Source: Octopus sinensis (Eukaryota). Taken from it: a DNA stretch of 64,000 nt. The notes below the pieces were generated by a model, which worked only from the letters and a program-made list of their open reading frames with translations, searched no databases and was not told the DNA's origin. Where the stretch lies: the NCBI RefSeq assembly GCF_006345805.1, contig NC_043005.1, forward strand, positions 85,064,001 through 85,128,000, in the 5' to 3' direction. Position numbers and translations under genes: made by a program. Every line of letters starts with the position of its first letter. Within the stretch, counting starts at the first letter, position 1. Positions 24,381 to 37,181 of this stretch are shown here, piece by piece.

Positions 24381-25120
24381 TGAAGCACATATTTTCAGTA
24401 ACAATGGCTTAATAAAGATGGATAATTAAGCTTAATGATGCATTTATATAATTCCGCATATTTTCTTTAGATAATAGGATTGACATCAGCAGTAATCCCT
24501 ACCGGTCTTTTATTAAGATTTACTTAGACAAACAATAATCAGTTCTCAACAGAAGACTTAGCACCTAAATACCATAAGAATGGGGGGGGGGGAGAAAAGA
24601 AAAGATAAAGATATTTTCTGGCAAAAATATCTCAAAGTTGTTTTAGATTTTCCCACAAATAATTGATGAACGGAGTAAATAGAACAATAATTCCTATGAT
24701 TATCATTACACGTAGATAATTTGATCCAGTTCTAATGAGGCCCTCCCAGGAAGAAACGGTACCATGCTTAGACAAATATCAGCTTGGGATATTATCAAAT
24801 TTTTGTCTAATGATATCAATGGTAATGAATTAAATATATAAACCTGTAGTTTCTTGTATAATTCAATATTTGTGCCATTTAGCCTCAGCATATCCGAGCT
24901 GTAACTATTTGCATCAGAAACAAATTATACAAAGTTGATTTCTTAAAGATTTTCTATGTTCTACCTTCACAAATGGTTATTTGTTATTTGTCAGATTAGG
25001 TTTGTTGCGGCTTCCTGATTCTCTTGACCTCTGCAGGTCTATGGATCACTATGAATTCCTTTTCCACTTGGATGGACCCTCATAACCATTTGATATGTAA
25101 AAAATCTTTTATTTTTGTAA

Positions 25121-25543
25121 TTCTTTATGCTTTTATACTTTTACTTGTTTCAGTCATTTGACTGTGGCCATGCTGGAGTACCACCTTTAGTCGAGCCAAT
25201 CGACCCCAGGACTTATTCTTTATAAGCATAGTACTTATTCTATCAGTTTCTTTTGCTGAACTGCTAAGTTACGGGGACGTAAACATACCAGCATCGGTTG
25301 TCAAGCGATGTTGGAGGGACAAACAAAGACACACAAACATATACACACACACGTACATATAGATATATATACATATATATGACAGGCTTCTTCCAGTTTC
25401 CATCTACCAAATCCACACACAAGGCTTTGGTTGGCCCGAGGTTATAGTAGAAGACACTTGCCCAAGGTGTCACGCAGTGGGACTGAACCCAGAACCATGT
25501 GGTTTGTAAGTAAGCTACTTACCACACAGCCACTCCTACGCCT
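25121..25543 (-). mobile_element. tRNA-derived SINE, family B
   Basis: Full-length, same consensus as 2477-2915. Confidence 0.85.
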
Positions 25544-26484
25544 ATGCATTTCTATGTATGTCATCATCATCATTTAGCATCCATTTTCCATGCTGGTATG
25601 GGTTGCACAGTCTGACTAGATTCAGCAAGCCACAGGACTGTTTCAAGCTCCAATATCAACATTGGCCCTGGTTTCTACAGCTGAATGCACTTCCTCATGC
25701 CAACTACTTTACAGTGCATGCCATCAGTACTCGTGAGGTCCCCAGGAAACGTGCAAGACAGGAAAATAACAGAAAAAATACCCATGTCTAAGTGGGGAGA
25801 ATATTTGAGTGTGGGAGGTGACTTTATGCCAGCTGTTGAGAGGTTAAAGCAATATATATATATATATGCATGATCGTTGCCAGGGCTGTTGACTGGCTCC
25901 CGTGCTGGTGGCACGTAAAAAAGCACCATTCAGGCGTGGTCATTGCCAGTGCTGCCGGACTGGCTCCTGTGCAGGTACCATGTAAAAAGCACCATTTGAG
26001 CATTGCCGATGTCAGTAGTACCTGACTGGCCCTCATGTAGGTGGCACTTAAAAGCACCCACTACACTTTCAGAGTGGTTGGTTGGCATTAGGAAGGGCAT
26101 CCAGCTGTAGAAACTTTGTCAGCACAGATTGGAGCCTGGTGCAGCCTCCTGGCTTGCCAGACCTCAGTCAAACCGTCCAACCCATGCCAGCATGGAAAGC
26201 AGACATTAATCGATGATGATAATGGTTATAATATATATATATATATTATATATATATATATACATATATATATACATATGGTCACAATGAGGATATCTAA
26301 ACCTAGTATAGGGATATTTTATCTAAGTTACACTGGTTTAACATATATTTGAAGAGATATTTCTTCAATAAATATATTATATAAAATATCATCAAATATC
26401 AAATATTATTATCGAGTTAGAAAACAGAAATATCTAATGGATACAAATTTATATCCATTAGGTCTCTCTGTTCGCTAACTTGAT

Positions 26485-26540
<56 letters not shown>

Positions 26541-28019
26541 TATATACATATATATATGTATATAGATATATATGTATATATATATATATATATGTATATG
26601 TATATATGTATATGTATATTATATATATACATATATATATATGTATGTATATACAATACTTATATATATGTATATGTATATGTGTGTGTGTGTGTGTATA
26701 ATACTTTTTAGTTTATCTATACAGACTTTCTATAGAATTCAGAGCCAACACTGAAAATTACAATGTTTTGTATACGAATATGTCAATGTAAACAATGCGA
26801 CCAAAGATAGAAAATTGGATAATAAGCACATATAAATATTTCAGTTGTTATTTCTTCTTCTTCAGCACCAGATCCAACCCATTAATCCTCCATGAATCCA
26901 TTGCTTAAATAGCCACCAAATTAGCAGTGTAACACTAAAGGAGAGGCCAATTTTTACATATCAAACACATTCTTTGCATCTGGTATGTACATATTAATTG
27001 CTTGTAGGGATCCCATATTTAATTGTCTTATCATAATATGCAACTGAGTATAGTAAAGGTTTATAAATCACCGTTCTGCGTACACCCCATGTATTGTCAT
27101 CTGTTTGGAAGACATCAGCAGACATCAACAAATCATCTGATTGCTGATTTCAATAAGAGCTGATGCTCTTGCTAGATTCATAGATCCGGTGGGAACTAAG
27201 AAGACATACAATGAGTTTGATACACTGCCATGTCTCAAAATCCTATTACTGTAGTGAATAACATGTTATGAACACACCTCCTCGAAATGAAGGAGGTGTT
27301 CTCTGATGATGAAATACAACAGTGATCAGCACATTCATGTTTGAATTTGTCACAACATATTAAGGGTGAAGAGGCAAACTATTGTTCAGATTCTCACTGT
27401 GCTCTGTATACCCATGAACTATTACCTGCTTTAGCAGACATCATTAAATAATTTCTTTGGCTGATTTATTAACAAGAACACATATTCATTTTAGGCTTAT
27501 TGGTCTGATGGTCAGTTTCTACTGAGGAGAAACACAATATGTTGAAACACTGGTGTATCAAAGATCCCTTACACTGGTGAATAGAATGTTATGAACACAC
27601 ATTATCTAAAAGAAATATGCATTCTCCAACGATGAACAAACAACATCAATCAGGTATTCACATTCAAATCTGCCAGAACAAATTAGGAATGAAGAGGTAA
27701 ATTGTTGTTCAGGTTCTCACTGTTCTCTCTGTAATCGTGAACTATTAATTGTTTTAGCAGATATTAGCCATGCATCAGGAAGTAATTTGTTTGCTAGGCA
27801 CTGCACCAGATGGCTGGACATGATTAAAGAAGGTCTGAAGCTCAACATCATCTTGGAGCATGCAGGAGAGCTAGCATGGGACCATTGGAGACAAGGAACA
27901 CTGGTAGACTTGGTTGGCTTTACACATGAGGATGTCTCTGGGACCACTAACCTGGGGTAACCCCAGTCCCAGCAGGCAAAGCGATTTCTATAAACAAGAG
28001 CTCATGATTAGAAAATCAG

Positions 28020-28305
28020 TGACTAGTTGTCACTTTGAAAACTATACATTTCAAAAGGGAATTTGGCTGCGCCACCTCTAGCTGAACAATTATTCTGTGC
28101 TGATGAAGAGAAATAACCCAGAAATCACCATACACAGATATTGTTTTGAGCAGAGTGGGGGTGCTAGATTCCCTTGTTTGAAGATATAAAGACACAGATC
28201 ATATTGTATAGCCAGCTGGAGAAGATGTATCCTGGGGCTAAATTACAGCAACATTCATCCTAAACCAGGACTGCCATGTTATATTGGCAAACAATCTTTA
28301 CTACA
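28020..28305 (+). mobile_element. PLE-type repeat with hammerhead motif (28095-28137)
   Basis: CTGTG-CTGATGA-A-GAG-AAATAA-CCC-A-GAAA-TCACC-ATA-CACAG. Inverted copy at 29376-29648; partial direct copy at 29762-29910. Confidence 0.6.
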
Positions 28306-29375
28306 AGAGCTCATGATATTCTCATTAGTCTGGCAAGGTAGCATTGACTGAGGAGAACAGAATAAGTTTGAAACACTGGTGTCTGAAAGTCCCTTCCCAC
28401 TGGTCAGCTGGTGAGTAAAGTGTTATGAACACACGTCATCTAAAGAGAAGGTGCATTCTCCAATGATGGACGAACAACATCAATCAGGTATTCACATTCA
28501 AATCTGCCTGAACATATTAAAGATGGATAGATGTGTTATTGTTAGCACTTAACTTCCTAAATAGTAAAACCTGCAGTGATGGGGAGGCTGTAAACGGAGA
28601 AGAATTCTATTAAGATGAACCTACGCATACCATAATCAGTTTTCGGCAGAAGATTTACTGTTTATATATCATAAACGAACAGAAATCAATTTATTTGCTG
28701 CCTTGGTAGAAAACAACTTTAAGAGGTTTTAAATATTTCCGCAAATAATCGACACACTGAACTATAATTCCTATGATTATCATTATGTGTGGATGATTTG
28801 ATGTGAATATAACAAGGCCCACCCACTGCCCAGATGCGAGAAGAGGTACCGATTGTAATAAATATCAGCGTGGGAAATCTTCATATTTCTACTAATGATG
28901 TCAATGGTATGAATTAAATATATAAACTTTGTTGTTGTTGTTGTGGTTGTTTCTTGTATAATTCAATATTTATGGCTTGTTTCAGCTGCAAGTATTTGCT
29001 TTGGAAATAAATGATATAAAGATGGTTTGTTACATTGAAACAATGCCAGAGTGTTTGTAAATGTTACTTGATTGAATTATCATCAGTGCTGATACACGGT
29101 TGGGCTGCTGGTGAAAGAGCCTATAGGTGGACAGTATAATTGCTAGAGATGGAAACCAAAACCCCTTCACATCACTCACAACAAAAACGAAGTATAATTT
29201 GGATAATGTAGTCCTTGGTACACTATATCTAAAAACAGATGGGATGGTCACTGCTGGAATATGGAATGCATTTGATCATAGTCATGTGACATGGGAAATA
29301 TATAACAGCAATGACAATAAGAAAATTACTATTTGTAAATCTCACAACAAGAGATATTCAGCAACAGTACTTTGG

Positions 29376-29910
29376 AGTAAAGATTGTTTGCCAACATAAC
29401 ATGGCAGTCCTGGTTTAGGTAATTTAGCCCCAGGAGACATCGTCTCCAGCTGGCTATACAACATGATCTATGTCCTTATATTTTCAAACAAGGGAATCTA
29501 GCACCCACACTCAGCTCAAAACAATATCTATGTATCGCTTTTTCTAGGTTATTTCCCTTCATCAGCACAGAATAACTGTTCAGCTAGAGGTGGTGCATCC
29601 AAGTTCCCATTTGAAATATATAGTTTTCAAAGTTACAACTAGTCACAAATTTATAAATTAGAAGATTAATTTTTTAAAATCTCACAAGAAATATTCAGTA
29701 CTTTGGTGTAAAGATTTTTGCCAACATAACATGGCAGTCCTGGTTTATGATAAATGTTGCTGAGTGGAGGTGCTAGATTCCCTTGTTTGAAATATAAGGA
29801 CACAGATTGTATCGTATAGCCAGCTGGAGACGATGTCTCCTGGGGCTAAATTACAGCAACATTCATCCTAAACCAGGACTGCCATGTTATATTGGCAAAT
29901 AATCTTTACT
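29376..29910. mobile_element. Inverted plus direct partial copies of the 28.0-kb hammerhead repeat
   Basis: 29376-29648 is the reverse complement of 28020-28305 (HHR motif 29528-29570, minus). 29690-29910 forms a second fold-back junction. Confidence 0.6.
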
Positions 29911-30045
29911 CCAGCAATGACAGTAACTATGATTACTCTTAGCAATAACACACTACTTTCCTTCACCCTTCATGATACCTTATTGCTGATCAAGGATCAG
30001 CTCATTGCTGATAATCTTAATCACGACCTTTATGCTGTATCGCTT

Positions 30046-30450
30046 CAGGAGTGGCTGTGTGATAAGTAGCTTGCTTACCAACCATATGGTTCTGGATTGA
30101 GTCCCACTGTGTGGCATTTGGTGCAAGTGTCTTCTACTATAGCCTCGGGTCTTTTGAGTGAATTTGGTAGGTGGAAACAGAAAGAAGCCCATTGTATATA
30201 TATGTGTGTGTGTGTGCGTGTGTGCATGTGTGTGTGTGTGTGTGTTTGTCCCCCCAACTTTGCTTGACAACTGATGCTGGTTTGTTTATGTCCCTGTAAC
30301 TTAGCAGTTCATCAAAAAATACTGATAGAATAAGTGCTAGGCTAACAAAAAATGAATCCTGGAGTTTGATTTATTCGAATAAAGGTGGTGATCCAGCATG
30401 GCCGCAGTCAAATGACTGAAATAAATAAAAGGATAAAAGAATAAAAGAAT
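30046..30450 (+). mobile_element. tRNA-derived SINE, family B
   Basis: CAGGAGTGGCTGTGTGATAAG head; ATAAAAG tail. Confidence 0.8.
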
Positions 30451-31770
30451 ATCGTGGAAGATGACTTAGGACTGGGGTGTCCCAAGCAAGCGAGACTTGT
30501 TTTTGTTGTCCCGTTTGTCAGTTTTGAAAACTTGATACACATTTCTGTAATCCTTGCTTTATCCAATGGAAAAGTTGTGACTTGATACACCAGCAAAATC
30601 TCTGGGAAAACAACAACAAAAACAAAACAACACTGCTTTCTGTCCTTTCAAGTAAACCATTCATGAATAAAACTTTTAGGCAAGGTGGTATTGTTCTCCA
30701 TCATGTATGCCTACCATTTAGATCTTTTTTTTTTTATGTCATAAATGCTCATTGTCTTTCTGGTGCTAGCAACACTACTGAAATAATTGCTCGTGTTTCT
30801 GAGTCTCTATGAAAATAACATGCTTGTCCATTAAAATTGGGTTACATTTGCCATTTGACAAAATATGTGTGTCCACATGTATTTTGTTGTTAACAGTAGC
30901 ATTTAAATGTTTAAACTGACAATTTTGAATTCGAAGATCTCAATATGTATTTTGAATGCTTGAGACTTGAATTGGCATTATATTTGTTCTTATTTCATTT
31001 TTTTTTTTTTCTCATCTCTTAAGGATGCATCCCTTTGCTTAGAACAATTTCATTTCCAGAAAATAAAATTATATCCAAAATTGTAAAACCATTTTCTTCC
31101 CCTTGATACTAGCTTCAAAGTTTGGCACAGCACCAGAATGGGCTTAAGTCAATTAGATCAACCCCAGGGCCCAACTGGCACTTATTTTCTTGACCCTGAA
31201 AGGATGAAAGGCAAAGTCAACCTTGGTGGAATTTGAATAAAAATGGATGAGATTCTGCTAAGAATTTTGCCCAAAGTACTAACAATTCTGTCAGCTTAAA
31301 TCCCTTCCCTAATATTGGTAAATGTTTAACAGGGCCCTCAAAATTTCTTTTTAGGAAATTGTCCAAAAGAAAACAAAGCAGCCTCTGATACGGACATTGT
31401 GATAGAAATTCTTATCAATTCTCCCTATTTAGTTAGTGTAAATGCTTTAAAACTAATAAACTTATAAATTAATAATGAAATCATTGCATTTCTGGTTTTG
31501 TTTTGGAACAAATTTTTTGTTGGTGTTTTTTTCATAATTAAAAGAACCTGTGAAAGTATTACTTCAAACTCACCTGAAATTTATCAAGATTGTCATAAGC
31601 AGATAATGATTAGTTTGCAATGAATTCTTTAGTCTCTAAACAGCATTGCGGAACAGAAGAGAAGGTTGTTTGCTGGTTTTCTTGGAAACATCACTGAGAG
31701 ATTTGAAAATCTTTCCATGAATGATCAATTAATGGAATAACTAGAACAATGAACATATAAATATAACTTT

Positions 31771-31843
31771 AGTCCTGTGGCCTAATGGATAAGGCATCAA
31801 CCATTAGAGCTGAAGATTATGGGTTCAAGTCTCATAAGGGTCA
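31771..31843 (+). tRNA. tRNA-Arg-like pseudogene (decayed anticodon)
   Basis: 73 nt; GTGGCCTAATGGATAAGGC D-arm as in eukaryotic tRNA-Arg; AGATT variable loop; GGGTTCAAGT T-loop. Stems mismatched and anticodon loop reads CATTAGA. Confidence 0.6.
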
Positions 31844-33305
31844 TAGCTTCTATGTGTAGGTGTGGCAGTGAGGTAAAAAGCTTACTTCCTAAACCACATA
31901 ATTCTGAGTTCAGTCCCCACCATGTGACACCTTGGGCAAGTGTCCTCTGCTATTTCTCTGGGCTGACCAAAGTCTTGTGAGTCGATTTGGTAGATGGAAA
32001 CTGAAAGAAGCCTGTTGTATAAATATATGTATGTCAATGTATGTGTGTCTTTGTGTCGATGCTTCTCCTCTGTCACTGCTTGACAACTGGTGTTGATGTG
32101 TTTACATCCCCACAACTTAGCTGTTTGGCAAAAGTGACCAACAGTATAGGTACTTGGTTTAAAATGAAAATAAGAACTGGGCTTGACCCATTCTTCAAGG
32201 CAGTGCCCCAGCATGGTCACATTCTAATGAATGAAGCAATTAAAAAAAGAGAAGAAAAACGATAATCTGATGTGAATACAATAAGTGATATAAATACCTC
32301 CCATATTTTAAATGGTGATCAGTGGAGTGCTAAGGAAGTTAGGCAGAGGGTAAGAAGGTCTTCGTGTAGCTAACGTTTTACTGTTTCCCTTTCAGTTACC
32401 ACATGTACAACATGCATTTACTGGTGAAACGTTTGAAAACCTGTGAAATGTGGAAGAATTTTTGCTGCACCCTGTATAACAAGGCCACAAGAAAAATAAA
32501 TATTAGAGATAGAAATATCTGCTTGTGAAGTAATCATATTTCCACTTAGAACGTCAGTAGTGTGAAATATATGAGTAAATGAATTAAATCTATAATTCTC
32601 TTGTTTCTTCTATAATTCAATAGTCTTTGTTTCTTTGCCTCTGTATTTGAGCTCCAAGTATTTGCATTGGAAATAAATTATAGAAAGATGATTCCTTGCA
32701 TTGAAACGATGCCATATATTGGTAAAGAAGGGATTTAGTTGATTGAATCGCCATCCATACATAATGAGAGGTACACAATGGATTTAATGATAAAGCCCTC
32801 TCAGTGATCTCTTAAATTGCTAGAAGTAGCAACCAAAATTCTCTTTTGAAGATTATAGTGTATCTAGATTATGCTGCTACTTTGGGCAGCATGATCTAGA
32901 TATGCTATATCTAAAAAGAGTTAGGATGGCCACTACTGGAATACACTTGATCATAGTCACCATAATCTTCCTCTATCTTCACTAATGTAGAGCATCAACA
33001 ACAGCAACAACAACAACAATAGCAAGAATCACTGCACATTTTACCAACCTTGAATATTTAAAAAAACATGTTGATTTCACAGAGATAGGAACACAAAGCA
33101 TAATAACATGTTGTTGTTAAATTTCGCCAAAGACGTTCCTTTCGTGACCATTCCATTGTTTCATAGCTTTGCAGTCTTTTATTTTGGGACTGATTGGGTT
33201 TTAACCAATACTCCATTAGCCAGACTTACTAAATTAACCCAGTTATGTTCCTCTTTTCTATGTTTCAGTAACAAATACTTCAACATAATGGCGACTACAC
33301 TCAGT

Positions 33306-33918
33306 ATCATCATCATCACCATCATCATCGTTTAACGTCCGTTTTCCATATCAGCATGGGTTGGATGATTCAACTGGGGTCTGTGAAGCAAGGAGGCTGC
33401 TTCAGGTTCCAGTCTGATCTGGCAGTGTTTCTACAGCTGGATGCCCTTCCTAACACCAACCCCTCCGAGAGTGTAGTGGGTGTTTTTTTACATGCCACCA
33501 ACACAGGAGCCAGAGGAGCTGGAATCGACCATGATTGGATGGTACTTTTTATGTGCCACTGGCATGGAAACCAGTCAAAGTGGCACTGGTATCAACCATG
33601 TTTAGATGGTGCTTTTTATGTGCCACCAGCATGGGGCTCACAACTACAATTTCCATTTGATTGTAATTTGATATTGCTAATGTTGATGTACTTGACTGAA
33701 TAAGTCTCCTCATGCATAGCATGTCACCCTACGATCCAAGGCACTTTTGAGTGGGCTGGTTATGTGACACTGGTGTAGTTTACAGCTGTGGACTCACTTT
33801 ATTTGCTGGGTCTTCTCAATCACAGCATACCCCCAGAGGTCTCTGTCTTTTGTCATTGCCTCTGTGAGGCCCAACGTTCGAAGGTCATGCTTCACCACCT
33901 CATCCTATGTCTTCCCAT
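33306..33918 (-). mobile_element. 5'-truncated RTE (ORF2 C-terminus plus 3' UTR, older subfamily)
   Basis: Minus strand GRHRMRW.. region aligns to DEVVKHDLRTLGLTEAMTKDRD; UTR colinear with 19608-20146. Confidence 0.85.
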
Positions 33919-36087
33919 GTCTTCATTTTATCAAGTCGACATTTGCCTCCCCCTCATCATCATTTAACATCCATGGTTAATGCTGGTATGGGATGGACAA
34001 TTTGAAAGGATCCGATGAATCCAAGGACTGCGTCATCTGCTTTGACATAGTTTCAATGGTTAGATGCCCTTCTTAATGCCAGCCTCAAGAATGAATATTT
34101 CGATGTCATATGACGGACAAAAGAAACTTGATTTTAATATTCCAGCAATTGAAGTTTACTTCAGCTGTTTTAGATGCAGCTGTACTTTGGGGGCATGCCA
34201 TGCAACAACACGTTGCTGTGCTTATCATTCGTTGATGATTCCCTACCACTCCTGGTGGATGACACCTTTGCACCTCTCAGGTGACAACCCTCCAACTCAC
34301 TGGTTTGTTTGGGTAGTCATTGCTGGTAAGGGTTTTATGAAGTTAGGATGCAAATCCTACTTCAACCTCTTTTAGTTGCCTTTAACCACATGCAAAGGGA
34401 AAGTTGGATCTCTTCTTTGACATGCTGGTCTCCTCACGGCATTAGAGACCCATGAAATGAAGTGTTTTGCCCAAGACCACAACATGCCACCCAATCCAGA
34501 AATTGAACCCATGACCTGGTAATCACGAGTGCAACACCCTAAGCACTAGACCACACGTCTTTGCATGGACCACATGTAATTAAGTTTTTCATATTGATGA
34601 TAAACTATAGCTAAATTTAAGTTATTTCTATTGAATAATGTTCTGTAACAGTTATGAAAGAGGAAATATTTCAGTTTGGGAAATGTTTTACTATATTAGG
34701 TTTATAGATTTATCTTTCAAAGAGGAGAAAGTGAAAAAGATAATATTACTCCATGTTATGCATTTAGTGAGTAGAAAATGTAAGGGGTTTAATAAATATT
34801 GTGCTTCAACACAGCAGCTTCTCATATCTTATTGCAGTAAGGTGCAGTTTGTCAAAGACATCCTCATGAGATGACACAGGCATTCTTCTGCTGTTATTAT
34901 TGAGTAGACTTTTGAAAGTTATGAGCAGGTTATATATTAATATATAAATTTTTTGCCAGGTCTATTAAACATCATGTATATCTCAGTGGTAAGGTTAAGA
35001 GTAAAATCTGAGAAATATAAATCTGAGAAATATATGATACTCAAGCTAGTAATAATTATATTTTTCAACTTGAAAATTTATCCTTTCTAAGGTTGTCTAA
35101 TGTATGGTCATTGCTATGTTACTACTGTGTTCCCAACTTGTCATCACCATTTAAGCTTATCCATGCTGTGATAAACTCAAAAGTTTACTTAGAATATACA
35201 GAATGAGGAAGTCACATATTTCTGAATGCTCAAAAGATACCATGTTGATATCAAATGAACTTGTAGGGATCCCGTTCCTTGTTTATTCCAGGCAGGGATT
35301 TTAGCATGGATAATAATATTTATCAAAATATCAGCATTAATGCTAATATCTTTGCAAATAATGTGGGCTTGTTCAGTATTGATTTTGAGATAAAATTCTA
35401 CAATAAGGTAAATTTTAATAATTTGTTTTCTAATATTTTTAAAACAGCTAATGATACAACTCTCATTAGCTGTTTTAAAAATATTGTTCCGTTGAAAATA
35501 TTGTTTCATTGGTGGAGGTTTGTTACCTCAGTAAAATAACCATTGATGTCAAGTACAAGGTTTCTGCTGATCAAACGAAGATTTCTTTCCATAGGATTAA
35601 TTAAACTTCCTTTTCGTTTAGAAGTGAAATTTTAATTACAGTCTTTAAGTGCATTATATGTTACATGTTTGGTTTAATGTTCTAAATTTTGTCCTGTTAT
35701 GTTTACAAACTATAATTTTGTTTCATAATTTAAAAGCTCACTGACAATAATTACATACATGCTTATCCCTTATATGCATGTGATAAATAAAGAAGGGCTT
35801 TTTGTCCTGAAATCTTAAACTGCATTGGTTAAAGTTCCCCTCCAAGCTGAAGGGGTTTTGTCTTGCAAGATTCTCATTGACCCTGTTGGTGCTGGGGTCA
35901 TGTAAAAGCACCCAGTACAATCTATACAGTGGATGGTATTAGGAAGGGCATCCATCCATAGAAACCAAACCAAAACACATGACTAGAACCTGGTGCAGTT
36001 CTCCAGGTTTCCAGCTGCTGTCAAATGATCCAACCCATGCCAGCATAGAAAATGGATATTAGATGATGATGGGGATGATTATTATTA

Positions 36088-36135
<48 letters not shown>

Positions 36136-36137
36136 TT

Positions 36138-36420
36138 ATGTTCGACTTTTGCTTTGCATTTGTACAATTTGGCTCCAACTCTCACTCAGAGACCTCAAGT
36201 TAGAAGTTCGTGTTGGTGTTATGCCTAGGGTACCATATACTTGGTTTTGTACATAGTGTTGCTCTTGAGAATGTTTAAGAAGCCATAAGGAAATTATGTA
36301 TTTGTTTTAAAATTTGAGATTACATAGATTGTATTTTATGTAGGATATGGGCAGTTCCCATGAGCACTATCTTTTGAATTTCTGCTATTTTGGGGCTTCC
36401 TGATATCTGAGCTAGGTATA
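36138..36420 (-). mobile_element. R4/Dong-like 3' end embedded in (AAT)n
   Basis: IAEIQKIVLMGTAHILHKI, the C-terminal RLE motif (QK..LLGTA.ILR), then a 3' UTR also present at 43478-43660. Confidence 0.7.
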
Positions 36421-36421
36421 C

Positions 36422-36475
<54 letters not shown>

Positions 36476-36554
36476 CATCATTATTATTATTATTATCATT
36501 ATTATTATTATTATCATTATATTATTATTATTATTATTATATTATTATTATTAT

Positions 36555-37110
36555 TGAGTGAGAGAGCAGTTCATGCCATCAAAGTGACACTGGGGTAAAA
36601 TATACGAAGCCAATATACCCATCATGACTACCCGTCTGATAAAGGTACACCAGGCACATGCATCTCAACCATATGTGCGCGACATGGTGATCTCATATCA
36701 AGATAAACAGCACATGACCTTGCAGGTGGGGCCCAGTTAGAATTTTCTTCAGGTTGAGTAACCCATCCCGCTCAAACGGTCCCTGAATAAGGGTTGTTTA
36801 AGGATGTTGAAAGAACCACCCATGTTTCCAGAGGTGAACTATTCAAACCCCAAAGAATCCCTCTCAACACATGGCTATGATGCTCCCCCACTACTTCTGC
36901 TCGTGATCAGAGATGCACATATCGTCAGCCACTAAGGGACATGCTCAACTGGTTAAGGTCAAACAACTGACAAGCAAATCTGTGGTATTGAGCAGAATAT
37001 TTGCTGTAGCCCATCTTTTATACCAAGACAAAACAATGTACATGATAACACTTCCATCAGTTAAGATCAGAAGCCATGAGAGCCACTGCCTGGTACTGCA
37101 TCAGGGCATT
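36555..37110. mobile_element. Unclassified ~555-bp interspersed repeat flanked by (ATT)n on both sides
   Basis: Second copy begins at 63750 (GAGTGAGAGAGCAG..GCCATCAAAGTGACACTGGGGTAAAA), also after (ATT/ATC)n. Confidence 0.75.
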
Positions 37111-37145
37111 TATTACTATTATTATTACTATTATTATTATTATTA

Positions 37146-37181
<36 letters not shown>

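Noticed and set aside
23348-24412. 354-aa and 316-aa Ser/Pro/Leu-rich ORFs
   Set aside because: Products of the polypyrimidine tract, which cannot contain stops; no domain or splice support.
26411-26483. Imperfect 73-bp hairpin between (TA)n tracts
   Set aside because: Short, AT-rich and single-copy here; no ribozyme core or miRNA evidence.
27950-27990. TAACCCCAGTCCCAGC, superficially twister-ribozyme-like
   Set aside because: The required pseudoknot pairings could not be found.
30455-30600. Minus-strand acceptor followed by an open frame (ILLVYQVTTFPLDK...)
   Set aside because: No credible donor before it runs into a SINE tail.
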